Shown here one piece after another: positions 1 to 9,900 of a stretch of 24,000 nt of DNA (its first letter is position 1; every line of letters begins with the position of its first letter). The stretch is from NCBI RefSeq assembly GCF_036311985.1, contig NZ_JAZDCJ010000028.1; one strand, given 5' to 3'. The notes beneath the pieces were generated by a model, which saw only the letters and a list, made by a program, of their open reading frames with translations, had not been told where the DNA came from and made no database searches. Source of the DNA: Zafaria sp. J156 (GTDB lineage: Bacteria; Actinomycetota; Actinomycetes; Actinomycetales; Micrococcaceae). The position numbers and the translations under genes were made by a program.

Positions 1-372
1 TCGATCGCCAAGGACTCCGCCCCCTCGCGTCCCGCCCCGCCCGCCGCTCCGGAACGGCAGCCAGCCCGCCTGCAGCCCGTGCTGGACCTGGGCGGTCAGC
101 GCTACGCCCTGAACTCCGATTCCGTGGTCCTGGGGCGCTCCTCCGACGCGGACATCCCCGTGGAGGACCCGGGCGTCTCGCGCCGCCACCTGGAGATCCG
201 CAGCGAGCGCGGCCGCGCGTGGGCCGTGGACCTCGGCTCGACCAACGGCAGCTACGTCAACGGCCAGAAGGTGGACGGCCGCGAGGAGCTCTTCGACGGC
301 TCGGTCATCGCGATGGGCCGCACCCGCATCACCTTCCGGCTGCTCCCCCAACGTTCCGGAGGCCGCCCGTGA
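1..372 (+). CDS. fhaA: FHA-domain protein FhaA, C-terminal part (5' end outside the window)
   Basis: Frame 1 is open from base 1 to TGA at 370-372. After a Pro/Ala-rich linker comes an FHA domain (LGRSSDADIPVEDPGVSRRHLEI...DLGSTNGSYVNG). It lies upstream of fhaB-pstP-rodA-pbpA-pknA-pknB, as in the Mycobacterium Rv0020c-Rv0014c cluster. Confidence 0.85.
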   Translation, partial: SIAKDSAPSRPAPPAAPERQPARLQPVLDLGGQRYALNSDSVVLGRSSDADIPVEDPGVSRRHLEIRSERGRAWAVDLGSTNGSYVNGQKVDGREELFDGSVIAMGRTRITFRLLPQRSGGRP

Positions 373-854
373 CCGAACTCGTCCTGACGGCCCTGCGCCT
401 GGGCTTCCTGATCCTGTTGTGGATCCTGATCCTGAGCATCGTGGCCGCGCTACGGCGCGATCTCATCATCGGCAAACGCGCCCGCACCGGGACGGGGACG
501 GCCTCCGCGGCGCCCGCCGCCGGGGTCGCACCCCGCGCCGAGCCCGAGCAGCCGCCGCGCCAGCAGGCCCGCAGCCTCGAGGTCCTGGAGGGACCGCTCA
601 CGGGGACGAGCCTCGAGCTCGCGGCGAGCCCCATCCTGCTCGGCCGCGCCCAGGAGGCCACCCTCGTGCTCGAGGACGACTACGCCTCGGGCCGCCACGC
701 CCGCCTCTTCCCGCAGGGCAGCCGCTGGTTCATCGAGGACCTGGGCTCCACCAACGGCACGTTCCTCGGCGATTCCCAGCTCACCCGCGCCCAGCCCGTG
801 GAGCTCGGCCAGAAGATCCGGATCGGGAAGACGGTCATGGAGCTGAGGCCGTAG
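369..854 (+). CDS. fhaB: FHA-domain membrane protein FhaB/FipA
   Basis: GTG at 369 overlaps the fhaA stop (GTGA). N-terminal TM helix (LVLTALRLGFLILLWILILSIVAAL), then a C-terminal FHA domain (LGRAQEATLVLEDDYASGRHARL...DLGSTNGTFLG). The longer track ORF starting at 219 is an upstream read-through in the same frame. Confidence 0.85.
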   Translation: MTELVLTALRLGFLILLWILILSIVAALRRDLIIGKRARTGTGTASAAPAAGVAPRAEPEQPPRQQARSLEVLEGPLTGTSLELAASPILLGRAQEATLVLEDDYASGRHARLFPQGSRWFIEDLGSTNGTFLGDSQLTRAQPVELGQKIRIGKTVMELRP

Positions 855-855
855 C

Positions 856-2301
856 ATGGCCCTCACCCTCCGGTTCGCCGCCGCGACCGACGTGGGCAGG
901 ATCCGGTCCAACAACCAGGACTCCGCCTACGCCGGGCGCTACCTTGCCGTCGTCGCCGACGGCATGGGCGGCCATGTCGGCGGGGACGTCGCCTCGGCGT
1001 CCACGGTGCTGGATCTGGTGCACCTGGACCAGGAGACCACGCAGGACATCGAGACGGTGCTGCCGGATGAGATCCAGACGGCGAACTCGATCCTCAACGA
1101 GCTCGTGAGCGCCAACCCGAAGCTCTCCGGCATGGGCACGACCGTCACGGCGCTGCTGCTCACGGGCGGCGTCTTCCAGTACGCGCACATCGGCGATTCC
1201 CGCGCCTACCGGCTCAAGAACGGCGAGTTCGAGCAGATCAGCCGCGACCACACGTTCGTCCAGCGCCTCGTCGACGAGGGCCGCCTGCGCCCCGAGGAGG
1301 CCGAGCACCACCCGCACAAGAACGTGCTCATGCGGGTCCTCGGCGACTCGGACGCGAGTCCCGAGCTGGACATCGCGCAGTACCCCGTCACCCCGGGCGA
1401 GCGCTGGCTCTTGTGCTCCGACGGCCTCAACGCCGTCGTCCCGGACGCCATCACCGAGCAGATCGTGCGCGGGACCGCATCCCTCCAGGAGACGGCCGAC
1501 GACCTCGTCGCCGTCACCCTCGCCAACGGCGCCCCCGATAACGTCACCGTCGTGGTCATCGAGGTCGCGGACGAGGACGACGACGGTGCCGCACCGGCGT
1601 CGTTCTCCTCCACCGGCGGCGCGGGGCAGGCCACCGCGACCGAGGCGGCCCCGGACACGGGGATCCTCCAGATAGCCCGGGAGGGCGACGTCGAGGCGAG
1701 CGCCGCCGTGATCCGCCACGAGCTCTCCCACCGGCCCCACGTCCTCGTCGGCTCGGCCCTGCTCGCGACGCAGACCGGGCACATCCCCATGGTGACGACC
1801 CGCTCCGCGGAGAAGCGCGCCGCGGCCATCCTGACCCACAAGGCCGCCGTGCCCGCCGGGCAGTCCGGCCCGGAGGCCGAGTCCACCTTCCAGGCGAAGG
1901 CCCCGTCCCGCCCCTGGCTGATCCCCGCCTTCCTCGGGCTCATGGGCCTGATCCTGGCCACCGTGCTGTGGTTCGGCTACGCGTGGACGCAGACCCAGTA
2001 CTACGTCGGCAACAACGCCGGCCGCGTCGCGATCTTCAACGGCGTCTCGCAGGACCTGGGGCCGATCAGGCTCTCGCGGCTGGACCAGACCACCGACATC
2101 CCGCTCGAGGCCCTCCCCGCCTACACCCAGCAGCGGATCAAGTCCTCGCTGCCCGCGCGGGACCTCGAACACGCCCAGGACATCGTCACCGAGCTGCTCA
2201 CCACCGCCCGGCAGAACTGTCCCGTGGTGGTTCCCGCCGAGCCGGGAAGCGGCATCTCGCCCACCGTCCCGCCGTCCTACTGCAGCGAGGTGTCCCCATG
2301 A
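856..2301 (+). CDS. pstP: PP2C-family Ser/Thr phosphatase PstP with C-terminal TM/extracellular segment
   Basis: The N-terminus RFAAATDVGRIRSNNQDSAY...VADGMGGH...GDSR...CSDGL...DN(V)T matches PP2C motifs. A TM helix lies near residue 350. Conserved operon position. Confidence 0.9.
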   Translation: MALTLRFAAATDVGRIRSNNQDSAYAGRYLAVVADGMGGHVGGDVASASTVLDLVHLDQETTQDIETVLPDEIQTANSILNELVSANPKLSGMGTTVTALLLTGGVFQYAHIGDSRAYRLKNGEFEQISRDHTFVQRLVDEGRLRPEEAEHHPHKNVLMRVLGDSDASPELDIAQYPVTPGERWLLCSDGLNAVVPDAITEQIVRGTASLQETADDLVAVTLANGAPDNVTVVVIEVADEDDDGAAPASFSSTGGAGQATATEAAPDTGILQIAREGDVEASAAVIRHELSHRPHVLVGSALLATQTGHIPMVTTRSAEKRAAAILTHKAAVPAGQSGPEAESTFQAKAPSRPWLIPAFLGLMGLILATVLWFGYAWTQTQYYVGNNAGRVAIFNGVSQDLGPIRLSRLDQTTDIPLEALPAYTQQRIKSSLPARDLEHAQDIVTELLTTARQNCPVVVPAEPGSGISPTVPPSYCSEVSP

Positions 2302-3752
2302 CCGACGTGCAGACCGCCCCGGTCTCCCGGCGCAACACGGAGCTGTGGCTCCTGGTGCTCGCGCTCGGCGTGGCCGTCGGGGCCAACTACCTGGCCAGCG
2401 CCACGAACCCGGCGGGCCCGGATCCCGACTTCGTCCAGCAGGGCGCCGTCCTCGCCGGACTCGCCCTCGCCGTGCACATCGTCCTGCGGATCTGGGCGAA
2501 GTACGCCGACCCCATCATCCTGCCGTGCGTCGTGGCGCTGAACGGGATCGGGATCGCCATGATCCACCGGCTCGATCTCACGACGGGCGACTCGGCGGCC
2601 ACGCGGCAGCTGCTGTGGACCGGGGTGGCCATGGCGGCCGCGATCATCACGCTGTGGGCCCTGCGCGACCACCGCGTGCTGCGGCGGGCGACCTACATCT
2701 TCCTCCTGGCCAGCGGCGTGCTCCTGCTGCTGCCGCTCGTCCCCGGGCTCGGGGCCGAGATCAACGGCGCCCGGATCTGGGTGCGCATGGGACCGCTGTC
2801 CTTCCAGCCGGGCGAGCTGGCCAAGATCACGCTCTCGATCTTCTTCGCCGGATACCTCTCCAACAACCGCGACCTGATCCTGCTCGCGGGGCGCAAGTTC
2901 GGGCCGCTGCAGCTGCCGCGCGCCCGGGACCTGGGGCCCATGGTCGTGGCGTGGCTCATCAGCATCGGCGTGCTCGTCTTCCAGCGCGACCTGGGCTCCT
3001 CGATCCTGTTCTTCGGGCTCTTCATGGTCATGATCTACGTCGCCACCGCGCGGATCAGCTGGATCGTGATCGGGCTCGGCATGGTCGCCGTCGGCGGCGT
3101 CCTGGCCGCCCGCTTCATGGGCCACGTCACGCGCCGCATCGACGCCTGGGTCAACGCCTTCGATCCCGAGGTGATCAACCGGCAGGGCGGCAGCGGGCAG
3201 ATCGTCCAGGGGCTCTTCGGGCTGGCCAACGGCGGCCTGTTCGGCAGCGGGATCGGCGGGGGGCGCCCCGACCTGGTGCCCTATGCCAACTCGGACATGA
3301 TCGTCGCCGCCCTCGGCGAGGAGCTCGGGCTCATCGGCATCACGGCGATCATCCTGCTCTACGTCCTGCTCGTCAGCCGCGGCATCCGCGCCGCCCTGGG
3401 CACGCGCGACGCGTTCGGGAAGCTCCTCGCGGCCGGCTTGTCCTTCACGATCGGCCTGCAGTGCTTCGTGGTCATGGGTGGCATCACGCGGCTCATCCCG
3501 CTCACGGGCCTGACCACGCCGTTCGTCGCCGCGGGCGGCTCCTCCCTCCTGTCCAACTGGATCATCGTGGCCCTGCTCCTGCTCGTGTCCAACAACGCGC
3601 GCCGCCCGGCCGCCGTCGGACCGCTGACCGACCTCGAGGTGGCCACGACGGCGCCCTCCGGCGAGGGCGGCGGGCGGCGGGGCCGCCCGGCCGGCCGGAC
3701 CCCGAAGCGGGCCGCGCCCGGGACCCGCGACGCCGAAGGAGGCACGGCATGA
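2298..3752 (+). CDS. rodA: FtsW/RodA/SpoVE-family peptidoglycan polymerase RodA
   Basis: ATG at 2298 overlaps the pstP stop (ATGA). Polytopic membrane protein with SEDS-type motifs ([49 protein letters not shown]). The track ORF from 1968 is an in-frame upstream extension. Confidence 0.9.
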   Translation: MTDVQTAPVSRRNTELWLLVLALGVAVGANYLASATNPAGPDPDFVQQGAVLAGLALAVHIVLRIWAKYADPIILPCVVALNGIGIAMIHRLDLTTGDSAATRQLLWTGVAMAAAIITLWALRDHRVLRRATYIFLLASGVLLLLPLVPGLGAEINGARIWVRMGPLSFQPGELAKITLSIFFAGYLSNNRDLILLAGRKFGPLQLPRARDLGPMVVAWLISIGVLVFQRDLGSSILFFGLFMVMIYVATARISWIVIGLGMVAVGGVLAARFMGHVTRRIDAWVNAFDPEVINRQGGSGQIVQGLFGLANGGLFGSGIGGGRPDLVPYANSDMIVAALGEELGLIGITAIILLYVLLVSRGIRAALGTRDAFGKLLAAGLSFTIGLQCFVVMGGITRLIPLTGLTTPFVAAGGSSLLSNWIIVALLLLVSNNARRPAAVGPLTDLEVATTAPSGEGGGRRGRPAGRTPKRAAPGTRDAEGGTA

Positions 3753-5197
3753 ACCAGGCCATCCGCAACGTCTGGATCGGCGTGATGGTGCTCTTCCTGG
3801 CCGTCATGGGCGCCTTGAGCTACATCCAGTTCTTCGCCGCCGCCGAGCTCAACGCGAACCCGCTGAACAACCGCCAGCTCTACCGCGACTTCGACCTGGC
3901 CCGCGGCGCGATCCTCGTGGACGGCGAGCCCGTGGCCGAGTCGGTGCGCTCCGACGGCCAGTTCGAGCACCAGCGGCGCTACAACACGCCGCTGCAGTAC
4001 TCCCACCTCACGGGCTTCTACTCGCTCGCCTACGGCTCCACGCACCTCGAGTCGGCCAAGAACCCCGAGCTCACGGGCCAGAGCGACAGCCAGTTCTTCA
4101 CGCGCCTCGTGAACCTCGTCTCCGGGGCCAGCAACGAGGGCGCCTCGGTGGAGCTGACGATCGACGGCGAGCTGCAGCAGCAGGTCTACGACATCCTCCC
4201 CGACGGCGTCCAGTCCACCGCGATCGTCTCCGATCCGCGCACCGGCGACATCCTGGCCATGGTCTCCAAGCCGGGATACGACACCAACAAGCTCGCCGTG
4301 CACAGCACGTCCCAGGCCTCCGCCAACATGGCCGAGCTGCTCGAGACGCCCGGCCTGAGCCCCTACATCAACCCCGCCACGGGCCACCTGATCTCCCCCG
4401 GATCGACCTTCAAGATCCTCGACGTCGTCGCCGCGCTCGAGTCCGGGGAGTTCGACCTCGACACGGTCTTCGAGAACCCGGCGAGCGTCCAGCTCCCGGG
4501 GACCACCGCGGAGATCAGCAACTTCGGCGAGGGCATCTGCACCCAGCGGCCGCAAGCGCAGCTCGACTTCATCATGGCCCAGAGCTGCAACACGCCGTTC
4601 GTGGAGATCTCCCGGACGGTCGGCGAGGACGCGCTGCGGGACGTCACCGAGCGCTTCGGCTTCGGCCAGCAGATCGACTTCCCGACGCGCGTGGCCCCCT
4701 CGGTGTTCCCCTCGGAGCTGACCGCGGCGCAGCTTGCGCAGTCCTCGATCGGGCAGTTCGACGTCAAGGCGAGCCCGCTGCAGATGAACATGGTCGCCAT
4801 GGGCATCGCCAACGACGGCGTGATCATGAAGCCGAACCTGGTCCGCAAGGTCGTCGCGCCGGACCTGCGGGTCCTGGAGGAGACGCAGCCGGAGGAGTTC
4901 AGCACGGCCACGACCCCGGAGGTCGCCGAACAGGTCACCGAGCTCATGCGCGGCCCGCTCGACGGCGGCACGGCCGCCTCGGCCGCCATCCCCGGGCTCG
5001 ACATCGCCGCGAAGACGGGAACGGCGGAGCTCGGCGACGGCACGGACCGCGTCAATTCGTGGATCACCGGCTTCGCGCCCGCGGACGACCCCCAGGTCGC
5101 CGTCACAATTGTTGTAGAGAAGATCGATTACGCGACCGGCCACACGCTGACCAGTCCCAACCTGAAGAAGATCCTAGAGGCGGTGTTCAACAAGTGA
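3749..5197 (+). CDS. pbpA: Class B penicillin-binding protein PbpA (transpeptidase)
   Basis: ATG at 3749 overlaps the rodA stop (ATGA). N-terminal signal-anchor. Transpeptidase motifs SxxK (STFK), SxN (SCN) and KTG (KTGTAE) are present. Confidence 0.9.
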   Translation: MNQAIRNVWIGVMVLFLAVMGALSYIQFFAAAELNANPLNNRQLYRDFDLARGAILVDGEPVAESVRSDGQFEHQRRYNTPLQYSHLTGFYSLAYGSTHLESAKNPELTGQSDSQFFTRLVNLVSGASNEGASVELTIDGELQQQVYDILPDGVQSTAIVSDPRTGDILAMVSKPGYDTNKLAVHSTSQASANMAELLETPGLSPYINPATGHLISPGSTFKILDVVAALESGEFDLDTVFENPASVQLPGTTAEISNFGEGICTQRPQAQLDFIMAQSCNTPFVEISRTVGEDALRDVTERFGFGQQIDFPTRVAPSVFPSELTAAQLAQSSIGQFDVKASPLQMNMVAMGIANDGVIMKPNLVRKVVAPDLRVLEETQPEEFSTATTPEVAEQVTELMRGPLDGGTAASAAIPGLDIAAKTGTAELGDGTDRVNSWITGFAPADDPQVAVTIVVEKIDYATGHTLTSPNLKKILEAVFNK

Positions 5198-7056
5198 GGC
5201 CAACATCGGGTATCACCCTGGGCGGACGGTTCAAGCTGACCGACCGCATTGCCATCGGCGGCATGGGTGAGGTCTGGAAGGCCCAGGACCAGATCCTGGG
5301 ACGGACCGTGGCCATCAAGATCCTCAAGGAGGAATACACCGGGGACCCCGGCTTCCTCCAGCGCTTCCGGGCCGAGGCCCGCCACACGGCGCTGCTGAAC
5401 CACAACGGGATCGCGAACGTCTTCGACTACGGCGAGGAGTCCGGCTCCGCCTACCTCGTGATGGAGCTCGTCCCGGGCCAGCCGCTGTCCTCGATCATCG
5501 AGCGCGAGAAGGTCCTGAGCCCGGACCGGACGCTGTCCATCATCGGCCAGACCGCCCGGGCGCTCGCCGCCGCGCACGCGCAGGGCCTCGTGCACCGCGA
5601 CGTCAAGCCGGGCAACCTGCTGATCATGCCCGACGGCCGCGTGAAGATCACCGACTTCGGCATCGCCCGGATCGCCAACCAGGTGCCGCTGACCGCGACC
5701 GGCCAGGTCATGGGCACGGCGCAGTACCTGGCGCCGGAGCAGGCCACGGGACAGCAGGCCACGGGGGCGAGCGACATCTACTCGCTCGGCGTCATCGGCT
5801 ACGAGTGCCTCGCCGGCCGACGGCCGTTCTCGGGCGAGTCGCAGATCGCGATCGCCCTCGCCCAGGTCAACGACGCCCCGCCGCCACTGCCCGATTCCCT
5901 CCCGGCCCCCGTGCGGGCGCTGCTGATGTCGATGCTCGCGAAGTCCCCGGCGGACCGTCCCGCCGACGCGACCCGGCTCGCCGAGGCCGCTGACGCCCTC
6001 CGTGCCGGCAACGTCAAGGCCGCCCAGGCGGCGGTTCCCGGCATGCTGCTCTTCGCCGCGGACACCTCCGCGACCGCCGCGATCCCCGCCGGGGACACCG
6101 CGACGCAGGCCCACCCGACGACCGTGAACGAGCCGGCCGCGCCGAGCACGAGCGCCCTGCCCGCCGTCGGATCCGCCGCCACGGCCGCGGCCGCCGGTGC
6201 GGCGGCGGGCGCGGCCACGGGGCAGCAGCGAGCGGCCGACGACTTCGACTCGGTCCTCGGCGCGAGCCGCACCTGGAACCCGGACGACGACGAGGCCGCG
6301 GTGGACGCGGAACCGGCACCCGCGGCGCCGAAGCGGAGCCCGTGGACGTGGCCGCTCATCGCCCTGATCGTCCTGGTGCTCTTCGCCGTCCTCGGCACGT
6401 GGCTCGTCCCGCTGCTCACGGGTGCCGGGGAGGAAACGAGCCCGCCGCCGACGAGCGCGAGCCCGACGAGCGCGAGCCCGACGAGCTCCGCCGCGACCAC
6501 CTCGGCGACGAGCACGTCGGCCAGCCCGACCTCGGACTCGCCGTCGCCGACCACCCCTGCCCCGGCGACCGTGACCGTGAACCGCAACGAATACCTGGGC
6601 CTGCAGCTCGAGGACGCCCGCGCCCGCCTCGAGGGCCTCGGATTCAACGTGACCGACCGGCCGCGGGAGACCGAGGCGCAGCCGGAGAACACCGTCATCG
6701 ACATCGACCCCACGGGGAGCCTCGCCGAGGGCGCCACGGTCAACCTGGTCTACGCCGTCCCGCCGGAAGAGCAGGACGTCGACGTGCCGAGCGGGCTCGT
6801 CGGCCAGAGCGAGGAGGCGGCCCGCGCCGCGATCTCGGCCGCCGGCCTGACGCCGGTCTCGGGCGGCTCGGTGGCCAACGACCAGCCGGTCGGCACGGTC
6901 GTCTCCACGAACCCCTCGGGCGGCACGCCGGCCACCCCGGGATCCGAGGTCGTCTACGTGCTCTCGACGGGCCCGTCCACGACGAGCGCCCCGCCGACCA
7001 GCCCCTCGCCGGATCCGAGCGGGGAAGCCAGCTCGCCGCCGTCGGACAACGGCTAG
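5194..7056 (+). CDS. pknA: Ser/Thr protein kinase in the PknA position, with TM helix, S/T/P-rich linker and two PASTA-like repeats
   Basis: GTG at 5194 overlaps the pbpA stop (GTGA). Hanks kinase motifs are present: [41 protein letters not shown] helix [23 protein letters not shown]-terminal PASTA-like units lie at about 6571-6975. Confidence 0.85.
   Translation: MRPTSGITLGGRFKLTDRIAIGGMGEVWKAQDQILGRTVAIKILKEEYTGDPGFLQRFRAEARHTALLNHNGIANVFDYGEESGSAYLVMELVPGQPLSSIIEREKVLSPDRTLSIIGQTARALAAAHAQGLVHRDVKPGNLLIMPDGRVKITDFGIARIANQVPLTATGQVMGTAQYLAPEQATGQQATGASDIYSLGVIGYECLAGRRPFSGESQIAIALAQVNDAPPPLPDSLPAPVRALLMSMLAKSPADRPADATRLAEAADALRAGNVKAAQAAVPGMLLFAADTSATAAIPAGDTATQAHPTTVNEPAAPSTSALPAVGSAATAAAAGAAAGAATGQQRAADDFDSVLGASRTWNPDDDEAAVDAEPAPAAPKRSPWTWPLIALIVLVLFAVLGTWLVPLLTGAGEETSPPPTSASPTSASPTSSAATTSATSTSASPTSDSPSPTTPAPATVTVNRNEYLGLQLEDARARLEGLGFNVTDRPRETEAQPENTVIDIDPTGSLAEGATVNLVYAVPPEEQDVDVPSGLVGQSEEAARAAISAAGLTPVSGGSVANDQPVGTVVSTNPSGGTPATPGSEVVYVLSTGPSTTSAPPTSPSPDPSGEASSPPSDNG
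6448..6486 (+). repeat. In-frame 15-bp tandem repeat (CCGACGAGCGCGAGC x2 plus a 9-bp partial copy) encoding PTSAS units
   Basis: Read directly from the sequence: 6448-6462 and 6463-6477 are identical, followed by CCGACGAGC. It lies in the extracellular S/T/P linker of the pknA-position kinase. Confidence 0.85.
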
Positions 7057-7075
7057 GCAGCGGCGGAGGAGGAAC

Positions 7076-9076
7076 GTGACCCAGACGCGCATCATCAACG
7101 GACGCTACGACGTCGGCGAGCTCATCGGCCGCGGCGGCATGGCCGACGTGCACCGGGGCCGGGACATCCGGCTCGGCCGCGACGTCGCCATCAAGCTGCT
7201 GCGCCGCGACCTGGCCCGGGACCCGATGTTCCAGGCGCGCTTCCGCCGCGAGGCGCAGGCCGTCGCCGGGCTCAACCACCCCGCCGTCGTCGCGGTGTAC
7301 GACACGGGCGAGGAGGAGCTCGGGGCCGACGAGCAGCACGAGGTGCGCGTCCCGTACATCGTCATGGAGTTCGTCGAGGGCCGGACGCTGCGCGAGCTGA
7401 TCAAGACCGGCGAGCTCACTCTCGAGTCCTCCGTCCGCTACGCCCGCGGCGTGCTCGCCGCCCTGGCCTACAGCCACCGCAAGGGGATCGTCCACCGGGA
7501 CATCAAGCCGGCGAACGTCATGGTGACGGGGGACGACGAGGTCAAGGTCATGGACTTCGGGATCGCCCGCGCCCTCGCCGACTCGGCCGCCACCATGACC
7601 CAGACCCAGGCCGTCGTGGGCACCGCCCAGTACCTGTCCCCCGAGCAGGCGCGCGGGGAGACGGTGGATGCCCGCAGCGACCTCTACTCGGCCGGCTGCC
7701 TGCTCTTCGAGCTGCTCACGGGCCGGCCGCCCTTTACGGGCGACAGCCCGGTCTCCGTGGCCTACCAGCACGTCAGCGAGGAGGCCCCGACCGCGAGCGG
7801 GCTCAACCCCGAGGTCTTCCGACAGCTCGACGAGGTCCTCGCGACGGCGCTGCGCAAGGACCGCGACGAGCGCTACCAGGACGCCGACGCGTTCGCCCAC
7901 GCCCTCGAGGCCGCCCTCGCCGGGCGTGGGCTCCCGGACGACCTCGGCGACGCGACCCAGGCGCTCTCCGTCGCCGCCGTCTCCACACAGGCGCTCAACG
8001 CCCTCCCTCCGGATCCCACCGCGGCGCTGACGGGCCTCGTCGGCCCGGGCGAGGACGCGTCGACGAGCTCCTTCGCAGCGGTCGCCGCGGCGCACTCCTC
8101 CGAGGCGTCGGAGGCCGCGGACGACGCCGGATCCCCCGACACGGCGGGCGGGCTCCTCTTCTCCGACGACGACGGGCACGACGCCGCCTCCCGCGCCGCC
8201 GAGCTCGAGCGGGAACGCTACGAACGCTCGCGGCGGCGCGCCTGGATCACCGTCTTCACCGTGCTGGCGGTCCTCGTGGTCGCCGCCGGAGCCTGGTTCC
8301 TCTGGTCCTGGTCGCAGGCCGAGCAGGCCCGCAACGCGACCGTTCCCGTCCCGGAGGTCTCCGGGATGTCCGAGACGCAGGCGCAGAACGAGATCCTTGC
8401 GGCGAACCTCCGGCTGGGAGGAATCGAGCGCGAGTTCAGCGACGACGTCCCGGACGGCGAGGCCATCCGGACCACGCCGGGCGCGGGCGAATCCGTGCGC
8501 GTGCAGTCCGAGGTCGTCCTGGTGCTCTCGCAGGGGCCGGAGAACGTCCTGATCCCGGAGAGCCTCGAGGGGCTCTCGGAGAGCGCGGCGCGCAGCGCGC
8601 TCGAGCAGCTCAAGCTCGTCGTCGATCCCCAGACGGTCCAGAAGGAGCATCCGAGCGTCCCGGCCCGGGACGTGCTCGGCACCAACCCGGCGATCGGCGA
8701 GCAGGTCAAGGTCGGCTCGACCGTGCAGCTGATCCTCTCGAGCGGCAAGGTCACCGTCCCCAACCTCTCGGCGGACGGGATGACGGAGGAGAAGGCCCGG
8801 CAGATGCTCGAGGACGAGGCGCTCACGGGCCTCCAGCTCGTCGTCAACGAGGTCGAGAACTCCGTCGTCGATCCGGGCTTCGTGACCAATCAGAGCCCGC
8901 GGCCGGGCGAGCTCGTGGACCAGAACGGCGTCATCACGATCGACGTGGCCAAGGCCCCGGCCGCCCCGAGCGATCCGCCCGGGGAGTCGAGCCCGCCCGC
9001 CGACGAATCCAGCCCGCCGCCGAGCACGGAGCCACCGGCGGACGGCGAGGACAACGGGGACGAGGACGAGGGCTGA
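7076..9076 (+). CDS. pknB: Ser/Thr protein kinase PknB with three PASTA domains
   Basis: GTG start preceded by GGAGGAGGA. Kinase motifs GRGGMADVH, VAIKLL, HRDIKPANVM, DFGIAR, GTAQYLSPEQ. TM helix AWITVFTVLAVLVVAAGAWFLW. Three PASTA-like repeats, then a Pro/Asp/Glu-rich tail. Confidence 0.92.
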   Translation: MTQTRIINGRYDVGELIGRGGMADVHRGRDIRLGRDVAIKLLRRDLARDPMFQARFRREAQAVAGLNHPAVVAVYDTGEEELGADEQHEVRVPYIVMEFVEGRTLRELIKTGELTLESSVRYARGVLAALAYSHRKGIVHRDIKPANVMVTGDDEVKVMDFGIARALADSAATMTQTQAVVGTAQYLSPEQARGETVDARSDLYSAGCLLFELLTGRPPFTGDSPVSVAYQHVSEEAPTASGLNPEVFRQLDEVLATALRKDRDERYQDADAFAHALEAALAGRGLPDDLGDATQALSVAAVSTQALNALPPDPTAALTGLVGPGEDASTSSFAAVAAAHSSEASEAADDAGSPDTAGGLLFSDDDGHDAASRAAELERERYERSRRRAWITVFTVLAVLVVAAGAWFLWSWSQAEQARNATVPVPEVSGMSETQAQNEILAANLRLGGIEREFSDDVPDGEAIRTTPGAGESVRVQSEVVLVLSQGPENVLIPESLEGLSESAARSALEQLKLVVDPQTVQKEHPSVPARDVLGTNPAIGEQVKVGSTVQLILSSGKVTVPNLSADGMTEEKARQMLEDEALTGLQLVVNEVENSVVDPGFVTNQSPRPGELVDQNGVITIDVAKAPAAPSDPPGESSPPADESSPPPSTEPPADGEDNGDEDEG

Positions 9077-9092
9077 CCACCCCCGGGCGGTG

Positions 9093-9731
9093 CTAGTCCT
9101 GGATGAGCGGGCTGAGCGTGGCCGCGCGCTGGGCCGCGCCGGAGACCCCGAGCGACTCGAGCCAGTTCCCGAGCATCTGGTAGCCGCCCTCGGTCAACAC
9201 GGACTCGGGGTGGAACTGCACGCCCCACAGCGGGGCGTCGCGGTGGGCGAGCCCCATGACGACCCCGCCTTCCGTCTCCGCGATGATCTCCAGTTCGTCG
9301 GGGACGGTGTCCCGCACGGCGGCGAGCGAGTGGTAGCGGGTGGCCGTGAACGGATTGGCCACGTCGTGGAAGACGGGGTGGCCGCCGTGGTGGATGAGCG
9401 AGGTCTTGCCGTGCATGAGCTCCTCGGCGTGCGTCACGGTGCCGCCATAGGCCTCTGCGAGCGCCTGGTGGCCGAGGCAGACGCCGAGCATCGGCTTGCC
9501 GGCGTTCCCGCACCAGCGAATGACGTCGATGCAGACGCCGGCCTCGGCCGGATTGCCCGGACCGGGCGAGACCAGCACGCCGTCGCGCACGGACGCGAGC
9601 TCGATCGCCTCCTCGAGGCTGACGTCGTCGTTGCGGACCACGGTGGTCTCCGCGCCGAGCTCCTGCAGGTAGCCGACCAGCGTGTAGACGAAGCTGTCGT
9701 AGTTGTCGATCACGAGGATCCGGGCGGTCAT
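9093..9731 (-). CDS. pabA: Aminodeoxychorismate/anthranilate synthase component II (glutamine amidotransferase)
   Basis: MTARILVIDNYDSFVYTLVGYLQELG...GVCLGHQ...VQFHPES is the class I GATase triad region. ATG at 9729-9731. The track ORF extends spuriously upstream to 9929. Same position as Mycobacterium trpG (Rv0013), next to pknB. Confidence 0.9.
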   Translation of the reverse strand: MTARILVIDNYDSFVYTLVGYLQELGAETTVVRNDDVSLEEAIELASVRDGVLVSPGPGNPAEAGVCIDVIRWCGNAGKPMLGVCLGHQALAEAYGGTVTHAEELMHGKTSLIHHGGHPVFHDVANPFTATRYHSLAAVRDTVPDELEIIAETEGGVVMGLAHRDAPLWGVQFHPESVLTEGGYQMLGNWLESLGVSGAAQRAATLSPLIQD

Positions 9732-9886
9732 GACTGCAGCACCAAGCCAATCGTTGATTCGGTCCACGGGCTGAACTGGCTGGCCCACGGGAAGACGTAC
9801 TCCATCAGCACCAGTATGGCGGCGGCGATCACCAGGAGGGAAATAAGTATCCGCACCCACAGCGGGCCCGGCAGCTTGCTGAACAT
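9728..9886 (-). CDS. Small (52 aa) single-TM membrane peptide, translationally coupled to pabA
   Basis: MFSKLPGPLWVRILISLLVIAAAILVLMEYVFPWASQFSPWTESTIGLVLQS. Its TGA overlaps the pabA ATG (ATGA at 9728-9731). An alternative GTG start at 9898 lies 2 nt after the sortase stop. GC3 is lower than in neighbouring genes, so the coding status is not certain. Confidence 0.5.
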   Translation of the reverse strand: MFSKLPGPLWVRILISLLVIAAAILVLMEYVFPWASQFSPWTESTIGLVLQS

Positions 9887-9900
9887 CCACGCGTACACGG

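Noticed and set aside
835-2172. 445-aa ORF antisense to pstP, plus similar ORFs at 329-661, 450-914, 939-1190 and 1206-1961
   Set aside because: It is antisense to a gene with unmistakable PP2C motifs. The product is low-complexity and rich in Arg, Gly, Pro and Asp, which is typical of shadow ORFs in high-GC DNA. No recognisable domain.
3359-5143. 594-aa ORF antisense to pbpA, and 282-aa ORF (2277-3125) antisense to rodA
   Set aside because: The sense strand carries the complete SxxK/SxN/KTG and SEDS motifs. The antisense products are Arg/Gly/Asp-rich with no motifs. These are GC-driven artefacts.
5128-8650. 656-aa and 636-aa ORFs (5128-7098, 6740-8650) antisense to pknA/pknB
   Set aside because: Both kinases on the + strand have all Hanks motifs. 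The antisense translations are Arg/Gly repeats. Not coding.
9077-9092. Short CCCGGG-centred palindrome between the convergent pknB and pabA genes, considered as a terminator
   Set aside because: The gap is 16 nt. The stem would have no viable loop. Probably coincidental.
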